Positions 1-10,784 are shown, numbered from the stretch's first letter. The stretch is DNA of 51,070 nucleotides from a virus (IMGVR_UViG_3300005611_000043:1-51070); one strand, 5' to 3'. Notes: generated by a model not told the origin, from the sequence alone. Numbers and translations are program-made.

Positions 1-168
1 GCAGATTCAGGTGGAGCATCCGTTGGTGTTGCTAATTTAACACTTCCTGGAGATTTTGCTTTTATTAATCAAGGTACATCTGAGATGAAACCTGCAGATC
101 CATCTTTACAAAATAGAAGAAGACAATTATCAATACAAGTTAAATCAGTAACGGTGAGTATTACATAA
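1..168 (+). CDS. 3' end of a virion/head-completion region protein (truncated by window)
   Basis: Open frame 1 (ADSGGASVGV...VTVSIT*) ending TAA at 166-168, overlapping the next ATG (TAATG). Confidence 0.75.
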   Translation, partial: ADSGGASVGVANLTLPGDFAFINQGTSEMKPADPSLQNRRRQLSIQVKSVTVSIT

Positions 169-824
169 TGGCAATTACACATTCAGATTTTTTGACACAA
201 GTAAGAAACTACACTGAAGTAAGTAACACAGTTTTAACTGATCAAATTATTCAAGATTTTATTAGATCTGTTGAACTCGATGTTGCAGGTAAAGTTGATT
301 ATGATGATCTTAGAAAATATTCAACATCTACATTTACATCAGGAAACAGATACGTAAGTTTACCTGCTGATTTAACTATTATGAGATCTGTTCAAGTGAT
401 TGATGGATCAACAAGAACATTTTTAGAAAGAAGAGATACAAGTTTTATTTCTGAATATAATAATAATGCTGCAACAGGTCTTCCTAAATATTGGGCTAAT
501 TGGGATGATTTCAATATTCTTGTAGCACCTATACCAGATTCTGCATATACTGTACAAATCAACTACATTACAGATCCACCAGAATTTACATCAACTAACA
601 ATACATTTTTATCTACTTATCAAGAATCAATGTTGTTACATGGTGTATTAGCTGAGGCTTTTAGATATCTAAAAGGTCCTATGGATATGTACAAACTGTA
701 CGAAACAAAGTACAATGAAGAAGTACAGAATTTTGCTCTTCAACAAATGGGGAGAAGAAGACGTGCAGAATACGATGATGGGGTACCAAGAATTAAGATA
801 CCTTCACCATCACCAAATACGTAA
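168..824 (+). CDS. Putative head-tail adaptor / tail tubular protein A-like
   Basis: 218 aa with GLPKYWA and PIPDSAYTVQINY motifs typical of podovirus adaptors; structural context. Confidence 0.6.
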   Translation: MAITHSDFLTQVRNYTEVSNTVLTDQIIQDFIRSVELDVAGKVDYDDLRKYSTSTFTSGNRYVSLPADLTIMRSVQVIDGSTRTFLERRDTSFISEYNNNAATGLPKYWANWDDFNILVAPIPDSAYTVQINYITDPPEFTSTNNTFLSTYQESMLLHGVLAEAFRYLKGPMDMYKLYETKYNEEVQNFALQQMGRRRRAEYDDGVPRIKIPSPSPNT

Positions 825-842
825 TTTTAAAGGAGAACAATT

Positions 843-1292
843 ATGGCTATTACAACTAATGCAATTTGCAATTCATTCAAAAAGCAATTGTTAGCTGGTG
901 AGCATGATTTTGATTCAGCAGGTGGAGATACATTCAAATTAGCAATGTACACTTCTGCAGCTGTTTTAGGTGCATCAACAACTAACTACGCTACAACATC
1001 AGAAGTATCTTCACCAGCAGGTTACACTGCAGGTGGTAAAGCTTTAGTAAACCAAGGTGTTAAAGTTTCATCAGGAGTCGCTATTACTGACTTTGCTGAT
1101 TTATCTTTCACAGGTGTAACACTAACAGCAAGAGGTGCTTTGATTTACAACACAACAACTGACGGTGGTACAGGTACTACTGAAGCGGTTGCTGTATTAG
1201 ATTTCGGTGGAGACAAGACTGCAACATCTGGAACATTTACAATTCAGTTCCCTGCATTCACAACTTCCGCTGCGATTTTAAGAATTGCGTAA
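843..1292 (+). CDS. Virion structural protein
   Basis: SD AAGGAG; TFKLAMYTS...GYTAGG...TARGALIYN...LDFGGDKT, a family common in marine phage tail modules. Confidence 0.65.
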   Translation: MAITTNAICNSFKKQLLAGEHDFDSAGGDTFKLAMYTSAAVLGASTTNYATTSEVSSPAGYTAGGKALVNQGVKVSSGVAITDFADLSFTGVTLTARGALIYNTTTDGGTGTTEAVAVLDFGGDKTATSGTFTIQFPAFTTSAAILRIA

Positions 1293-1310
1293 TTAAGGAA
1301 CTAAAATGAT

Positions 1311-2429
1311 ATGGCTACTTGGGGACAACAAACATGGGGTTTCGAGAACTGGGGTACACTCGGTGATCAAACTACATCCCTAAGTAGCACAAATCTTTCT
1401 GCTTCTTTTTCAATAGGAGCTGTTACTGCTGATGCCGAATTACAAGTCGGTTGGGGTGGTGATACATGGGGTGAAAACACTTGGGGTGATTTATCAGGTG
1501 CTTTTGCAAATCCAACAGGAATTCAAGCTACATTCTCAATAGGAACTCTTACATTTGTAGGTGATGCCAATGTGGATGTAACTGGAATTTCTTTGACTTC
1601 ATCTATTGGTGAAGCGACAAGAAGAATTGATGTAGACGTATCTGTTACAGGTGAACAATTAACTTTAGGAATTGGTGAAGAAGTAATTGATATAGGAGTG
1701 CCTATAACAGGTTCTCAATTAACATCTACTCCAGGTCAATTAACAGTTGATCCAACATATTTAATTGGTGCTGGATGGGGTAGAGATACTTTTGGTAACT
1801 TAGGTTGGGGTGTTAACTATTCTGTAATACCTGCTGAAGGCACAGGTATTCCATTAACAGCATCTATTGGAGATGAAACTGCATTTACTGATGTTGAAGT
1901 AACTGTAACTGCACCAGATGCATTACAAATCACATATGCAAGTCCTTCATTTTCAATTCAAATTGATCAGGATATATTTGTACTAGCTTCTGAGGATCAG
2001 CTAGATGCTGAAATTGGAACTATTGCAGATATCACAGGTACAGCTACTGTAGATGTAACAGGTATTGAATTAACAAATAATATTGGTCAAGTAGTCGGTG
2101 GCACAAGACAAGACGTACCGGTCACCGGAACAGAGGCTACAATGTCCATTGGCACTATTGCTTTAGAACAATCTACAAATGAACCTGCTACAGGACAACA
2201 ACTTACTTCTAGCATTGGAGAAGCAGAAGAAATACCTGCTCAAATAGTAGGTGTTTCTGGCATACAATTAACAGCTAACATTGGCTCTGTAACAGTAGTT
2301 GGTACTTCTGTTGTAGATGTTACAGGCATAGAGTTGACTTCTAGTGTGGGTAGCCTTAATATCACTTCATGGCAAGAGGTCGATCCTGGAGTTACTAATG
2401 TATGGACAGAGGTTGATTTAGCTGCATGA
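1311..2429 (+). CDS. Repetitive acidic virion/tail protein with WG motifs
   Basis: Repeated WGxxTWG motifs and ~20-aa VTGxxLTxSIG repeats. Confidence 0.6.
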   Translation: MATWGQQTWGFENWGTLGDQTTSLSSTNLSASFSIGAVTADAELQVGWGGDTWGENTWGDLSGAFANPTGIQATFSIGTLTFVGDANVDVTGISLTSSIGEATRRIDVDVSVTGEQLTLGIGEEVIDIGVPITGSQLTSTPGQLTVDPTYLIGAGWGRDTFGNLGWGVNYSVIPAEGTGIPLTASIGDETAFTDVEVTVTAPDALQITYASPSFSIQIDQDIFVLASEDQLDAEIGTIADITGTATVDVTGIELTNNIGQVVGGTRQDVPVTGTEATMSIGTIALEQSTNEPATGQQLTSSIGEAEEIPAQIVGVSGIQLTANIGSVTVVGTSVVDVTGIELTSSVGSLNITSWQEVDPGVTNVWTEVDLAA

Positions 2430-2466
2430 TTAAGGTAAAATTATAATTATTTAGGAGAAATTTTTT

Positions 2467-3672
2467 ATGGCATCTAGTTACTCAACAGATCTAAAACTCG
2501 AATTGATGGTCACTGGCGAAAACGCTGGGCAATGGGGTGATAAAACAAATACAAATTTAAATTTAGTACAACAAGCAATCGCAGGTTATGAAGCAGTAGC
2601 TTTATCTGACGGTGGTACTGTTGCTCTTGCAATGTCTGATGCTTCATTATCAAATGCAAGAAACATGGTTCTTAAATTTACTGGAACTTTAACAACGGCA
2701 TCTACTGTAACAATTCCAGATGGAATTGAAAAATTTTACATTATTGATTTATCTGCTGTAACAGGTGTAACAAATTTAACAATCAAAACTGTTTCAGGAA
2801 CAGGTTTCACTGCAGGTGAAGCTGCAATCGTTGCTGCTTATTCTGATGGAACAAATTTAAATGAAATAGCATTAAACACTTTAGGTGGAACAATTGCTAC
2901 AGCACAAATTGATGACAACGCAATTACAAGTGCAAAAATTTCTGCAAACCAAGTGACTACTGCTAAGATCGCTGACAATGCGATTACTACTGCTAAGATC
3001 AGTGCATTACAAGTAACTCGAGCAAAAATTGCAGACGATGCAGTAGGTCCAGATCAACTTTCAAACACTGCAGTAACTGCAGGTTCTTATACTGTTGCAT
3101 CAATCACTGTAGACGCTCAAGGAAGAATTACTGCTGCTAGTTCAGGAACAGCAGGTGGTGGTAACATGGTTGCCGTAAAATATGAAGGTGGACCAACTAG
3201 CGGAACTTATACTGCTAACCCAACAGCAACAAAAGTAATTGTATATGCTGCTGGAGGCGGAGGAAATGGAGGAGCGGGAGCGTTTACCACACCTCAAGGA
3301 GGTCCAGGACAACCAGGTGGAGATGGGGGAACAGGTGGAATGGGAGCATTCTTTTTTCCAGTAACAGCACCTTACTCAGTACCTTTTTCAATTGGTGGAA
3401 TAGGTGGAAACACGACTCTTGATAATAACGTTACAGCAAACGGAGGACAAAATTTAGCTGGTGGAGGTCCTTCTCCAGCTTATCAAGCAGCGGATGGAAC
3501 ACCAGGTACTGCACCAGGGGCAACTAAAGATTTTACCGGTAACAACCAAGACATGAAAATATTTATGGCACCAGATATTGGAACAGGTGGAGCAGGTGGA
3601 AATGCTCCTGCACAACCAGGTCAACCAGGTAATCCAGGTGGTCTATATATTTTTGAAGATTTAGGAGTTTAA
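2467..3672 (+). CDS. Tail fiber protein
   Basis: N-terminal LELMVTGENAGQWG, 10-aa IADNAITTAK repeats, TVDAQGRITAAS motif, Gly-rich C-terminus. Confidence 0.75.
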   Translation: MASSYSTDLKLELMVTGENAGQWGDKTNTNLNLVQQAIAGYEAVALSDGGTVALAMSDASLSNARNMVLKFTGTLTTASTVTIPDGIEKFYIIDLSAVTGVTNLTIKTVSGTGFTAGEAAIVAAYSDGTNLNEIALNTLGGTIATAQIDDNAITSAKISANQVTTAKIADNAITTAKISALQVTRAKIADDAVGPDQLSNTAVTAGSYTVASITVDAQGRITAASSGTAGGGNMVAVKYEGGPTSGTYTANPTATKVIVYAAGGGGNGGAGAFTTPQGGPGQPGGDGGTGGMGAFFFPVTAPYSVPFSIGGIGGNTTLDNNVTANGGQNLAGGGPSPAYQAADGTPGTAPGATKDFTGNNQDMKIFMAPDIGTGGAGGNAPAQPGQPGNPGGLYIFEDLGV

Positions 3673-3673
3673 T

Positions 3674-4096
3674 ATGGCATTTGTAATTTTAGATAACGGA
3701 CAATTTTATAAAATAGCAAAAACAGAAGCTGATAAAAATGATATTAATGTATCAGCTAGAACTAAAGCAGAAGTCACTATAACTGAAGCTGAGTTCAATT
3801 CATTTGTAACAAATCAAAAAGATATTGTAGTAAATAATGGAGCTGTTTCTTTTATTGATAAATTTTCATCAACTGTACAAAATGAAGCCGCTTTAAAAGA
3901 AAAGTTTGATAATTTTAAAAAAGAAGCAAAATTGTATATTTCTAAAAATCAAGGAAAACAATTAACAACTCAATTACAAAATTATTTAGGTGTTTTATCT
4001 CAAGTAGATACATCTTCATTAACTTATCCTATAAATTGGGAACAACATTGTGTAGACAATTCAATTACTTTTTTACACGAATATCAAATAGGTTAA
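3674..4096 (+). CDS. Hypothetical protein, possible tail fiber assembly chaperone
   Basis: Directly after the fiber gene; 140 aa. Confidence 0.5.
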   Translation: MAFVILDNGQFYKIAKTEADKNDINVSARTKAEVTITEAEFNSFVTNQKDIVVNNGAVSFIDKFSSTVQNEAALKEKFDNFKKEAKLYISKNQGKQLTTQLQNYLGVLSQVDTSSLTYPINWEQHCVDNSITFLHEYQIG

Positions 4097-4139
4097 ATTT
4101 AAACTTGCTATAGTCTATATACAATTATAAAACATTTTT

Positions 4140-4892
4140 ATGTTTGAAAAAATAATTGAGTTTAGTGCGCCAGAAGTTTATTATAATTTAAAACAAAATC
4201 ATCCAACTCCAATTAAAATAAACATACCAGAGTGGTATAAAAAACTAGAACACAAAATTAATTACAGAACAGTTAAAGGATGTATGCCTTTTTTAGATAC
4301 ATTGACCTTTGGTTATTGTTTATACCTTCCAGTAGATTTTAAAATAGAACACAACAAAACTGTTAAAGATGAACAAGGTAAGGATAGAAAAGATAGTTTT
4401 TCTGCCACTCCTGTTGTGGGAGGAGGAGCAGATCTTGGGATAAATATAAATTTTAATGGTAAACCACAAGTTCATTCCCCATTTCAATTAGAAGGATCTC
4501 CTTTAGTAGATAAAAATAAAAATTTACCTTTTTACAAAATATTAAATCCTTGGATAATTAAAACACCTCCAGGCTATTCTTGTTTATTTGTTCCACCACT
4601 AAATAATACAGATGACAGATTTAGCATTATTCCAGGTATTGTAGATACGGATACTTTTGATAGGGAAATTAATTTTCCAATAGTTCTTAATGGAGATAAA
4701 TATCCTAATTTAGATACAACAATAGTTAAAGGAACACCTTACGCACAAGTCATTCCATTTAAAAGAGATAACTGGAAAATGAATGTAACAAAATCTAAAA
4801 TTAAAAATAAAATTTTACATAATTTATTATATCCTTTAAGATTTGTACATAACTATAAATTAGATTTTTGGAGTAAAAAACAATGCAAGTAG
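4140..4892 (+). CDS. Conserved phage protein associated with 2OG-Fe(II) oxygenase clusters (DUF6065-like)
   Basis: TVKGCMPFLD, NPWIIKTPPGYSCLF, PGIVDTD, KGTPYAQVIPFKR motifs. Confidence 0.6.
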   Translation: MFEKIIEFSAPEVYYNLKQNHPTPIKINIPEWYKKLEHKINYRTVKGCMPFLDTLTFGYCLYLPVDFKIEHNKTVKDEQGKDRKDSFSATPVVGGGADLGININFNGKPQVHSPFQLEGSPLVDKNKNLPFYKILNPWIIKTPPGYSCLFVPPLNNTDDRFSIIPGIVDTDTFDREINFPIVLNGDKYPNLDTTIVKGTPYAQVIPFKRDNWKMNVTKSKIKNKILHNLLYPLRFVHNYKLDFWSKKQCK

Positions 4893-5464
4893 ATCCATAT
4901 GGAGTTGGACAATACGTTAAAGTAATTGATGGTATATTTCCAAAAAAAACATTAGAAAAATTTTATAAAATTTGCAAAGAATTAGATTTTAAAGACGCTT
5001 ACGTAGGTGGTGGTAAAAATTCAAAAGTAAATAAAGAAATTAGAAACACTGAAACTTTATGTTGGCATAGATACAGTAAAGAACTTACTCATGTTCGTTG
5101 GTGTAATTATTTTATAAATGCAACCTATGATGCTATAAAAAAATACTACATACCAGGAGCACCACAAGCAACAGTAAATAAAGCAAGTCAAATTGAAGTT
5201 TTAAAATATAAAGAGGGAGGTTTTTATACTCCTCACGTAGATCATTTTGCAACAATTCCAAGAACAATTAGTGTTGTAACTTTTATAAATGATGATTTTG
5301 ATGGTGGAGAATTTGAAATGTTTTCTCCCGATTTAAAAGAATCTAAAAAAGTAAAACCACAAGTAGGAAGAACTATTATATTTCCTTCAAATTTTTTATA
5401 TCCACATAAGGCAAATCTTGTAAAGAATGGTACGCGATATGCTATCGTAATATGGTTTTTATAA
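4883..5464 (+). CDS. 2OG-Fe(II) oxygenase (prolyl-4-hydroxylase-like)
   Basis: YTPHVD (HxD), DFDGGEF, IFPSNFLYPH, GTRYAIVIW. Confidence 0.9.
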   Translation: MQVDPYGVGQYVKVIDGIFPKKTLEKFYKICKELDFKDAYVGGGKNSKVNKEIRNTETLCWHRYSKELTHVRWCNYFINATYDAIKKYYIPGAPQATVNKASQIEVLKYKEGGFYTPHVDHFATIPRTISVVTFINDDFDGGEFEMFSPDLKESKKVKPQVGRTIIFPSNFLYPHKANLVKNGTRYAIVIWFL

Positions 5465-5465
5465 T

Positions 5466-6017
5466 ATGCAAATAAGAAAAGACTTTAAATACAAAATAAT
5501 TAAAAACTTTTTAACACAAGAAGAAACTAATCTATTGCGAGATTATACTATACTTAGAATTAGACATGATGATACTAATGATCAAAGCAACAAACCAGGT
5601 GTAGTAGATTTAAATTTTTACGGAGACCCTATTATGGAGTCTTTAATGATACAAAAGTTACCTTTAATGCAAAAAGAAACTGAATTGGAATTGTTACCAA
5701 CTTATACTTTTTGGAGGTGTTATACTAAATTTGCTGACCTTCCAAAACATAAAGATAGACCTTCTTGTGAAATAAGTACAACAGTTAATATTGGATCTGA
5801 TGGAACTTCATGGCCAATATACATGGATGGTACACCTATAGATTTAGCACCGGGAGATGCGGCAGTTTATTTAGGTTGTGAGGTTTTACATTGGAGAGAA
5901 GAATTTAAAGGTGATTGGTGTTCTCAAGTATTCATACATTACGTTGATAAAAATGGTCCTAATAGAGAATTCTTTAAAGATAAAAGAAGGCATTATGGCT
6001 TACAATCAATATGGTAG
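5466..6017 (+). CDS. 2OG-Fe(II) oxygenase-like protein
   Basis: LPKHKDRPSCEIS (HxD), GDAAVYLGCEVLHWRE, QVFIHYV. Confidence 0.85.
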   Translation: MQIRKDFKYKIIKNFLTQEETNLLRDYTILRIRHDDTNDQSNKPGVVDLNFYGDPIMESLMIQKLPLMQKETELELLPTYTFWRCYTKFADLPKHKDRPSCEISTTVNIGSDGTSWPIYMDGTPIDLAPGDAAVYLGCEVLHWREEFKGDWCSQVFIHYVDKNGPNREFFKDKRRHYGLQSIW

Positions 6018-6033
6018 AATGCTATAATTACGC

Positions 6034-8187
6034 ATGCCTTTAACAAATGTACAGATAAGACCAGGATTTAATAAACAAGTCACACCCACAGGTGCTGAAG
6101 GCCAATGGACTGATGGTGATTTTGTTAGATTCAGATATGGATTACCTGAAAAAATAGGTGGTTGGGAACAGATTACTTCTAAAACTTTAGTAGGTGCTGT
6201 ACGAGAACAATTGGTTTGGGCTGACTTAGATGGACGTAAATACGCAGCATTAGGCACTAACAAAGCTTTAATGATTTATTACGAAGGAGCCTTTTATGAT
6301 ATCACTCCTTTAGATACTGCTATAACTGGAATTACCTTTGATACTACAGATACCTCAGCAACGGTCACCGTAAACAAAACAGCTCATGGATTATCTGTGG
6401 GAGATTTATTTACATTTACATCAGTGACTCCACCATCAGGCGCAGGATATGTGGCAGCAGATTTTCAAACAAATACTTTTCAAGTGATTACCATACCTAA
6501 TAACGATACTTTCACTATTACAATGGCTTCAGCTGCTACAGCAACAACGTCTGCAAGTGGCTCTGCTACAATTAACCCCTACATAAAACCAGGACCTTTA
6601 ACTCAAAGTTATGGCTACGGTTGGGGAACCTCTACCTTTGGTGGTGCATCTGGTATTGTATCCACGTTAAATGGAGCTCTTTTAGACGACACAAACGGAA
6701 CAGGTGGAACTGGAACAGACATAACATTAAACTCTGTAGTAGGATTTCCAACATCAGGCACGATTAAAGTTGGAGCTGAATTTATTTCTTATAACGGAAT
6801 TACTGGAAACGATTTAAATAATATCACAAGAGATGTAGCTGGAACGAGATCAGCTCACTCTGATGGAGCATCAGTTGAATTCTATACTGCTTGGGGAGAA
6901 GCTTCTACGACATCATCAGTATTACTTGATCCTGCGTCATGGTCTTTAGATCATTTTGGACAAAAATTAATAGCAACTGTAAAAAATGGAAAAACCTTTG
7001 AATGGGATCCGATTTCAGCCTCCGCTTCTGCTTTACAAACAAGAGCAACAGCAGTGGCTAATGCACCCACAAGATCGGTTATGTCAATTATATCTGAAAG
7101 GGATAGACATTTAATTATGCTTGGAACTGAAACAACAATAGGTAGTCAGTCTTCTCAAGATAAAATGTTTATAAGATTTTCTGATCAAGAAGATATATCT
7201 GATTATACTCCAACCTCTATTAACACAGCTGGAACATTTAGGTTAGATTCTGGTGTTAAAATAGTTGGGGCTGCAAAAGCAAAAGATTATATTTTAATTC
7301 TTACCGATACCTCTGCATATGTTATGCAATTCGTTGGACCTCCATTTACATTTTCTATAAGACAAGTAGGTAGTAATTGTGGTTTAATAGGTCAGCATGC
7401 TTTAAAATATGTTAACGGTGCTGTATGGTGGATGGGTCAAGCAGGTGGGTTTTTTGTTTATGATGGTACAGTAAAATCAGTGCCGTGTTTGGTAGAGGAT
7501 TTTGTATTTACAAACAAAGGGGATAACCTTGGAATTAATTATAATGCTGGTGAACAAGTGTATGCAGGTTTAAATCATCTGTATGAAGAATTAAGTTGGT
7601 TCTATCCTAAAGATGCATCGACAGAACCAGATAGAGTGGTAACTTATAATTACACAGAAAATACTTGGACAACTGGATCATTATCAAGAACTTCTTGGCA
7701 TGACTCAACTTTATATGACAATCCATATGCAACTGAATTTAACAACTCCGGTACTCCTTCTTTTCCTGTTATTCAAGGAGTAACCAATGTAAATGGCGCT
7801 AGCACTTATTACGCACATGAAATAGGAAATAACGAAGTAGATTCAGATGGAAATAAAACAGCGATACCTGCTTTCATACAATCTGGAGATTTTGATTTAT
7901 CTGCAGGAGGTGATGGTCAATTCTTTATGAGTATGAGAAGATTTGTACCTGATTTTAAATTATTAACGGGTGATGCTCAAGTAACAATTAATTTAAGAGA
8001 CTACCCAACGGACACCGCAACATCTTCACCCTTAGGTCCGTTTACAATTACAAATTCAACTGATAAAGTAGATACTCGAGCAAGATCAAGATTTGCAAGT
8101 TTAAGAATTGCAAATACATCTACGGATCAAAACTGGAGATTTGGAACTTTTAGAGCGGATGTACAACCAGACGGAATGAGGGGATAA
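6034..8187 (+). CDS. Tail tubular protein B / stabilization (nozzle) protein
   Basis: 717 aa; VRFRYGLPEKIGGW, FIRFSDQED, QVGSNCGLIG beta-propeller-type motifs. Confidence 0.7.
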   Translation: MPLTNVQIRPGFNKQVTPTGAEGQWTDGDFVRFRYGLPEKIGGWEQITSKTLVGAVREQLVWADLDGRKYAALGTNKALMIYYEGAFYDITPLDTAITGITFDTTDTSATVTVNKTAHGLSVGDLFTFTSVTPPSGAGYVAADFQTNTFQVITIPNNDTFTITMASAATATTSASGSATINPYIKPGPLTQSYGYGWGTSTFGGASGIVSTLNGALLDDTNGTGGTGTDITLNSVVGFPTSGTIKVGAEFISYNGITGNDLNNITRDVAGTRSAHSDGASVEFYTAWGEASTTSSVLLDPASWSLDHFGQKLIATVKNGKTFEWDPISASASALQTRATAVANAPTRSVMSIISERDRHLIMLGTETTIGSQSSQDKMFIRFSDQEDISDYTPTSINTAGTFRLDSGVKIVGAAKAKDYILILTDTSAYVMQFVGPPFTFSIRQVGSNCGLIGQHALKYVNGAVWWMGQAGGFFVYDGTVKSVPCLVEDFVFTNKGDNLGINYNAGEQVYAGLNHLYEELSWFYPKDASTEPDRVVTYNYTENTWTTGSLSRTSWHDSTLYDNPYATEFNNSGTPSFPVIQGVTNVNGASTYYAHEIGNNEVDSDGNKTAIPAFIQSGDFDLSAGGDGQFFMSMRRFVPDFKLLTGDAQVTINLRDYPTDTATSSPLGPFTITNSTDKVDTRARSRFASLRIANTSTDQNWRFGTFRADVQPDGMRG

Positions 8188-8918
8188 TGAACGAAGAACA
8201 ACTATTTCAACAATACAGCACAGATAGAGCTCTTCAAGCAAGATATCCTGATTTTGAATCTTACAAACAAGCGGTAATGAGTGTTAGCAGAAATCAAAAT
8301 GTATTTCAAACATTAGCTCAAAGAGGAAGAGAGTATTTACAAAATGTTCCTGAATATTTATCCGGAGCAGGACAAAGAATTACTGGAGGACTATCTGATT
8401 TATATGGTGGTATCAAAGAAAGATTTGGTTTTTTTCCTTCACCTGTAGGTTTACTTATGGCAGGTGTAGATAAATTAGATCGATTTGATGATCTACCAGT
8501 TGCTGATCAACAATTTATAACAGAATCTATGGGACAAGCTAAACAAGGACTAGGTGGTTTTTATAGAGATCCTCAGTCTGGCCTTATGAAAGATCCTATG
8601 GGTATTAATGTTAGAAGTTTATTTGGTAATTATGGTGACTATGTAACTAAACAAAATGTTCAAAGAAATTTAATGCCTACACAAACATACACAGCACCTA
8701 ATCAATTAGCTTACAATGCTTTTATTGCAAATCAATTTGCAAGACAACAACAATTAAGACAAGAACAAGCAGCACAATCTGCAGCTAAGGCTAAACAATA
8801 CACAGCGCCTATGCAACCAACTTCTGGTGGAAATGGTGGTGGCAAAGTGGGTGGAGGAGGTTTCTCAACTCAAGGAGGTCCTTACGGTTCTGGGCCAGGA
8901 GGCTTACACGATTACTAA
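8187..8918 (+). CDS. Hypothetical Gly/Gln-rich virion-region protein
   Basis: 243-aa ORF coupled by TAATG overlaps at both ends. Confidence 0.7.
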   Translation: MNEEQLFQQYSTDRALQARYPDFESYKQAVMSVSRNQNVFQTLAQRGREYLQNVPEYLSGAGQRITGGLSDLYGGIKERFGFFPSPVGLLMAGVDKLDRFDDLPVADQQFITESMGQAKQGLGGFYRDPQSGLMKDPMGINVRSLFGNYGDYVTKQNVQRNLMPTQTYTAPNQLAYNAFIANQFARQQQLRQEQAAQSAAKAKQYTAPMQPTSGGNGGGKVGGGGFSTQGGPYGSGPGGLHDY

Positions 8919-9085
8919 TGGCTAAAGTAAATGTAAACATACCAGAACCAACACCAGAATATACTTCTGAGAATCAAAGACAAATTGCTCAATCTATTAG
9001 AACAATTAAAGATCAGTTAAATACAACATTTCAAGAAGAGCTTCGACAAGAAGTTGAAAGAGTTTCTTGGTATACAATGAGGTAG
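8918..9085 (+). CDS. Small virion-region protein, 55 aa (not in ORF track)
   Basis: MAKVNVNIPEPTPEY...VSWYTMR*; ATG overlaps the upstream stop and fills the gap exactly. Confidence 0.75.
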   Translation: MAKVNVNIPEPTPEYTSENQRQIAQSIRTIKDQLNTTFQEELRQEVERVSWYTMR

Positions 9086-9086
9086 T

Positions 9087-10319
9087 ATGAGCCAAGGATG
9101 TAATAACGTAAATGTAGAACCAACTGTAATTGGTGGTGGAGATGGCTCTACTGCTTATGATGCATTTGGAAGATTAAGAGTTTCTAATCCACTTACTATA
9201 TTTGATTCTAAAAATGTCATGTCAAAGAATAATCTCTTTGATGAAGATTTAACAGGATCAGGAACCGTTACTTACACAGCTAATAAATCTACAGTTAATT
9301 TAAATGTGACCACAGCTAGTGGTGATAAAGTTATCAGGCAATCTAAAAGAGTAATGTCTTATCAACCAGGAAAGTCATTATTAATTTTTAATACTTTTGT
9401 TATGAATACACAGGAAGAAAATTTAGAACAACGTGTAGGCACGTTTGATGCAAATAACGGAATATTTTTTGAAGATTATGGAACAGGATATCGTTTTGTA
9501 AGAAGAACTTATACTTCAGGTTCACCAGCAGATACGGATGTTAATCAATCTTCCTGGAACGGAGATAAATTAGATGGTACAGGACCAAGTGGATATACGC
9601 TACTTCCAACTAAAGCAACTATTTTATTTACAGATTATGAATGGTTAGGAATGGGCGCAGTTAGATGTGGATTTGTTATTGATGGTAAATTTATTGTTGC
9701 TCATACTTTTTATAACGCCAATAATTTAGACACCGTTTATATGCAAACGGCAAACTTGCCCATACGATACGAAATAGAGACAACTGGTACTATTAGCGGA
9801 GCAGCTTCACTACAACAAGTTTGTTCTTCTGCTTTAATTGAAGGCGGTTATGCACCTCAAGGAATACAACAAATGATTGGCACAGCTTCACTAGGTGGAG
9901 TTAATTTAACTACAGCTGGAACTTTTTATAATTTAGCTACGATTAGTTTACAATCATCTAGACCTTATGCGGTTGTAGTATCTCAAGGTTTTGATGCATC
10001 TGCAGTATCTAACTCTGATTTTGAAGTACAGTTAAGACTCAATGCAACACCATCTACAGCATTTTCTTACACAACATATTCAGATAATGTTAAATATGAT
10101 TTAACAGGAACAACTACAATTACTGGAGGAACCATCATTGGTAAAGCTTATCTTTCAGGTAAAGCATCTAATTCTATTCAGTTTGGTGACGGATTTAATT
10201 TTGACTACCAATTAGGACAGACAATTGCTGGAGCTTCTGATACACTAACATTATGTGCTAAAGGAGCATCCAATGGTGACGATGTCATCGGTAATTTAAA
10301 ATGGGTTGATTTAACATAA
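9087..10319 (+). CDS. Putative virion structural protein
   Basis: DAFGRLRVSNPLTIFDS, YQPGKS, DYEWLGMGAVRCGF, LPIRYE motifs of a widespread phage family. Confidence 0.65.
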   Translation: MSQGCNNVNVEPTVIGGGDGSTAYDAFGRLRVSNPLTIFDSKNVMSKNNLFDEDLTGSGTVTYTANKSTVNLNVTTASGDKVIRQSKRVMSYQPGKSLLIFNTFVMNTQEENLEQRVGTFDANNGIFFEDYGTGYRFVRRTYTSGSPADTDVNQSSWNGDKLDGTGPSGYTLLPTKATILFTDYEWLGMGAVRCGFVIDGKFIVAHTFYNANNLDTVYMQTANLPIRYEIETTGTISGAASLQQVCSSALIEGGYAPQGIQQMIGTASLGGVNLTTAGTFYNLATISLQSSRPYAVVVSQGFDASAVSNSDFEVQLRLNATPSTAFSYTTYSDNVKYDLTGTTTITGGTIIGKAYLSGKASNSIQFGDGFNFDYQLGQTIAGASDTLTLCAKGASNGDDVIGNLKWVDLT

Positions 10320-10660
10320 TGGCAAATTTTTATAAAAACGCATTTTTTGATGGAACAACAACGGCAGCTGTATCTGTGTATACAGCTCCAACAAATGCAC
10401 GTGCAATTATTCAAAATATACAAGTCACAAATCAAGGTGGATCTAAAGTTGTTCAAGCAAAAATAAATGATGCTTCTGATTCGTTAACTTCTAACTTAAT
10501 TGCTTATGCATCTATATCTGGCCCTACCATTTGTAACATTGCAAAAGGACCTATCATACTAGAAGAAAGTGATGTACTGACTTTAGAAACATCTGATACT
10601 ACAAATGTAACTGCAGTATGCTCAATATTAGAAATATCAAGGGAAGATCAAAATGGCTAA
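10319..10660 (+). CDS. Small virion protein
   Basis: MANFYKNA...VYTAP...IILEESDVL...SILEIS beta-sandwich-like pattern. Confidence 0.65.
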   Translation: MANFYKNAFFDGTTTAAVSVYTAPTNARAIIQNIQVTNQGGSKVVQAKINDASDSLTSNLIAYASISGPTICNIAKGPIILEESDVLTLETSDTTNVTAVCSILEISREDQNG

Positions 10661-10784
10661 AAAAGCAAAAGGTTTTGGTGTTAATACATTTATTAAATCT
10701 AAAAGAAAAAAAAGACCTGGTAGACACTCGAAGAAACATAAAGGAAGAAAAAAAGGTGGACGAGGTCAAGGATATCCTATATAA
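10653..10784 (+). CDS. Very basic 43-aa peptide (not in ORF track)
   Basis: MAKKAKGFGVNTFIKSKRKKRPGRHSKKHKGRKKGGRGQGYPI*; start overlaps the upstream gene end. Confidence 0.65.
   Translation: MAKKAKGFGVNTFIKSKRKKRPGRHSKKHKGRKKGGRGQGYPI

Noticed and set aside
2920-3045. DNA repeat ACTACTGCTAAGATC in the fiber gene as a DGR or invertible segment
   Set aside because: Explained by 10-aa protein repeats; no reverse transcriptase or invertase present
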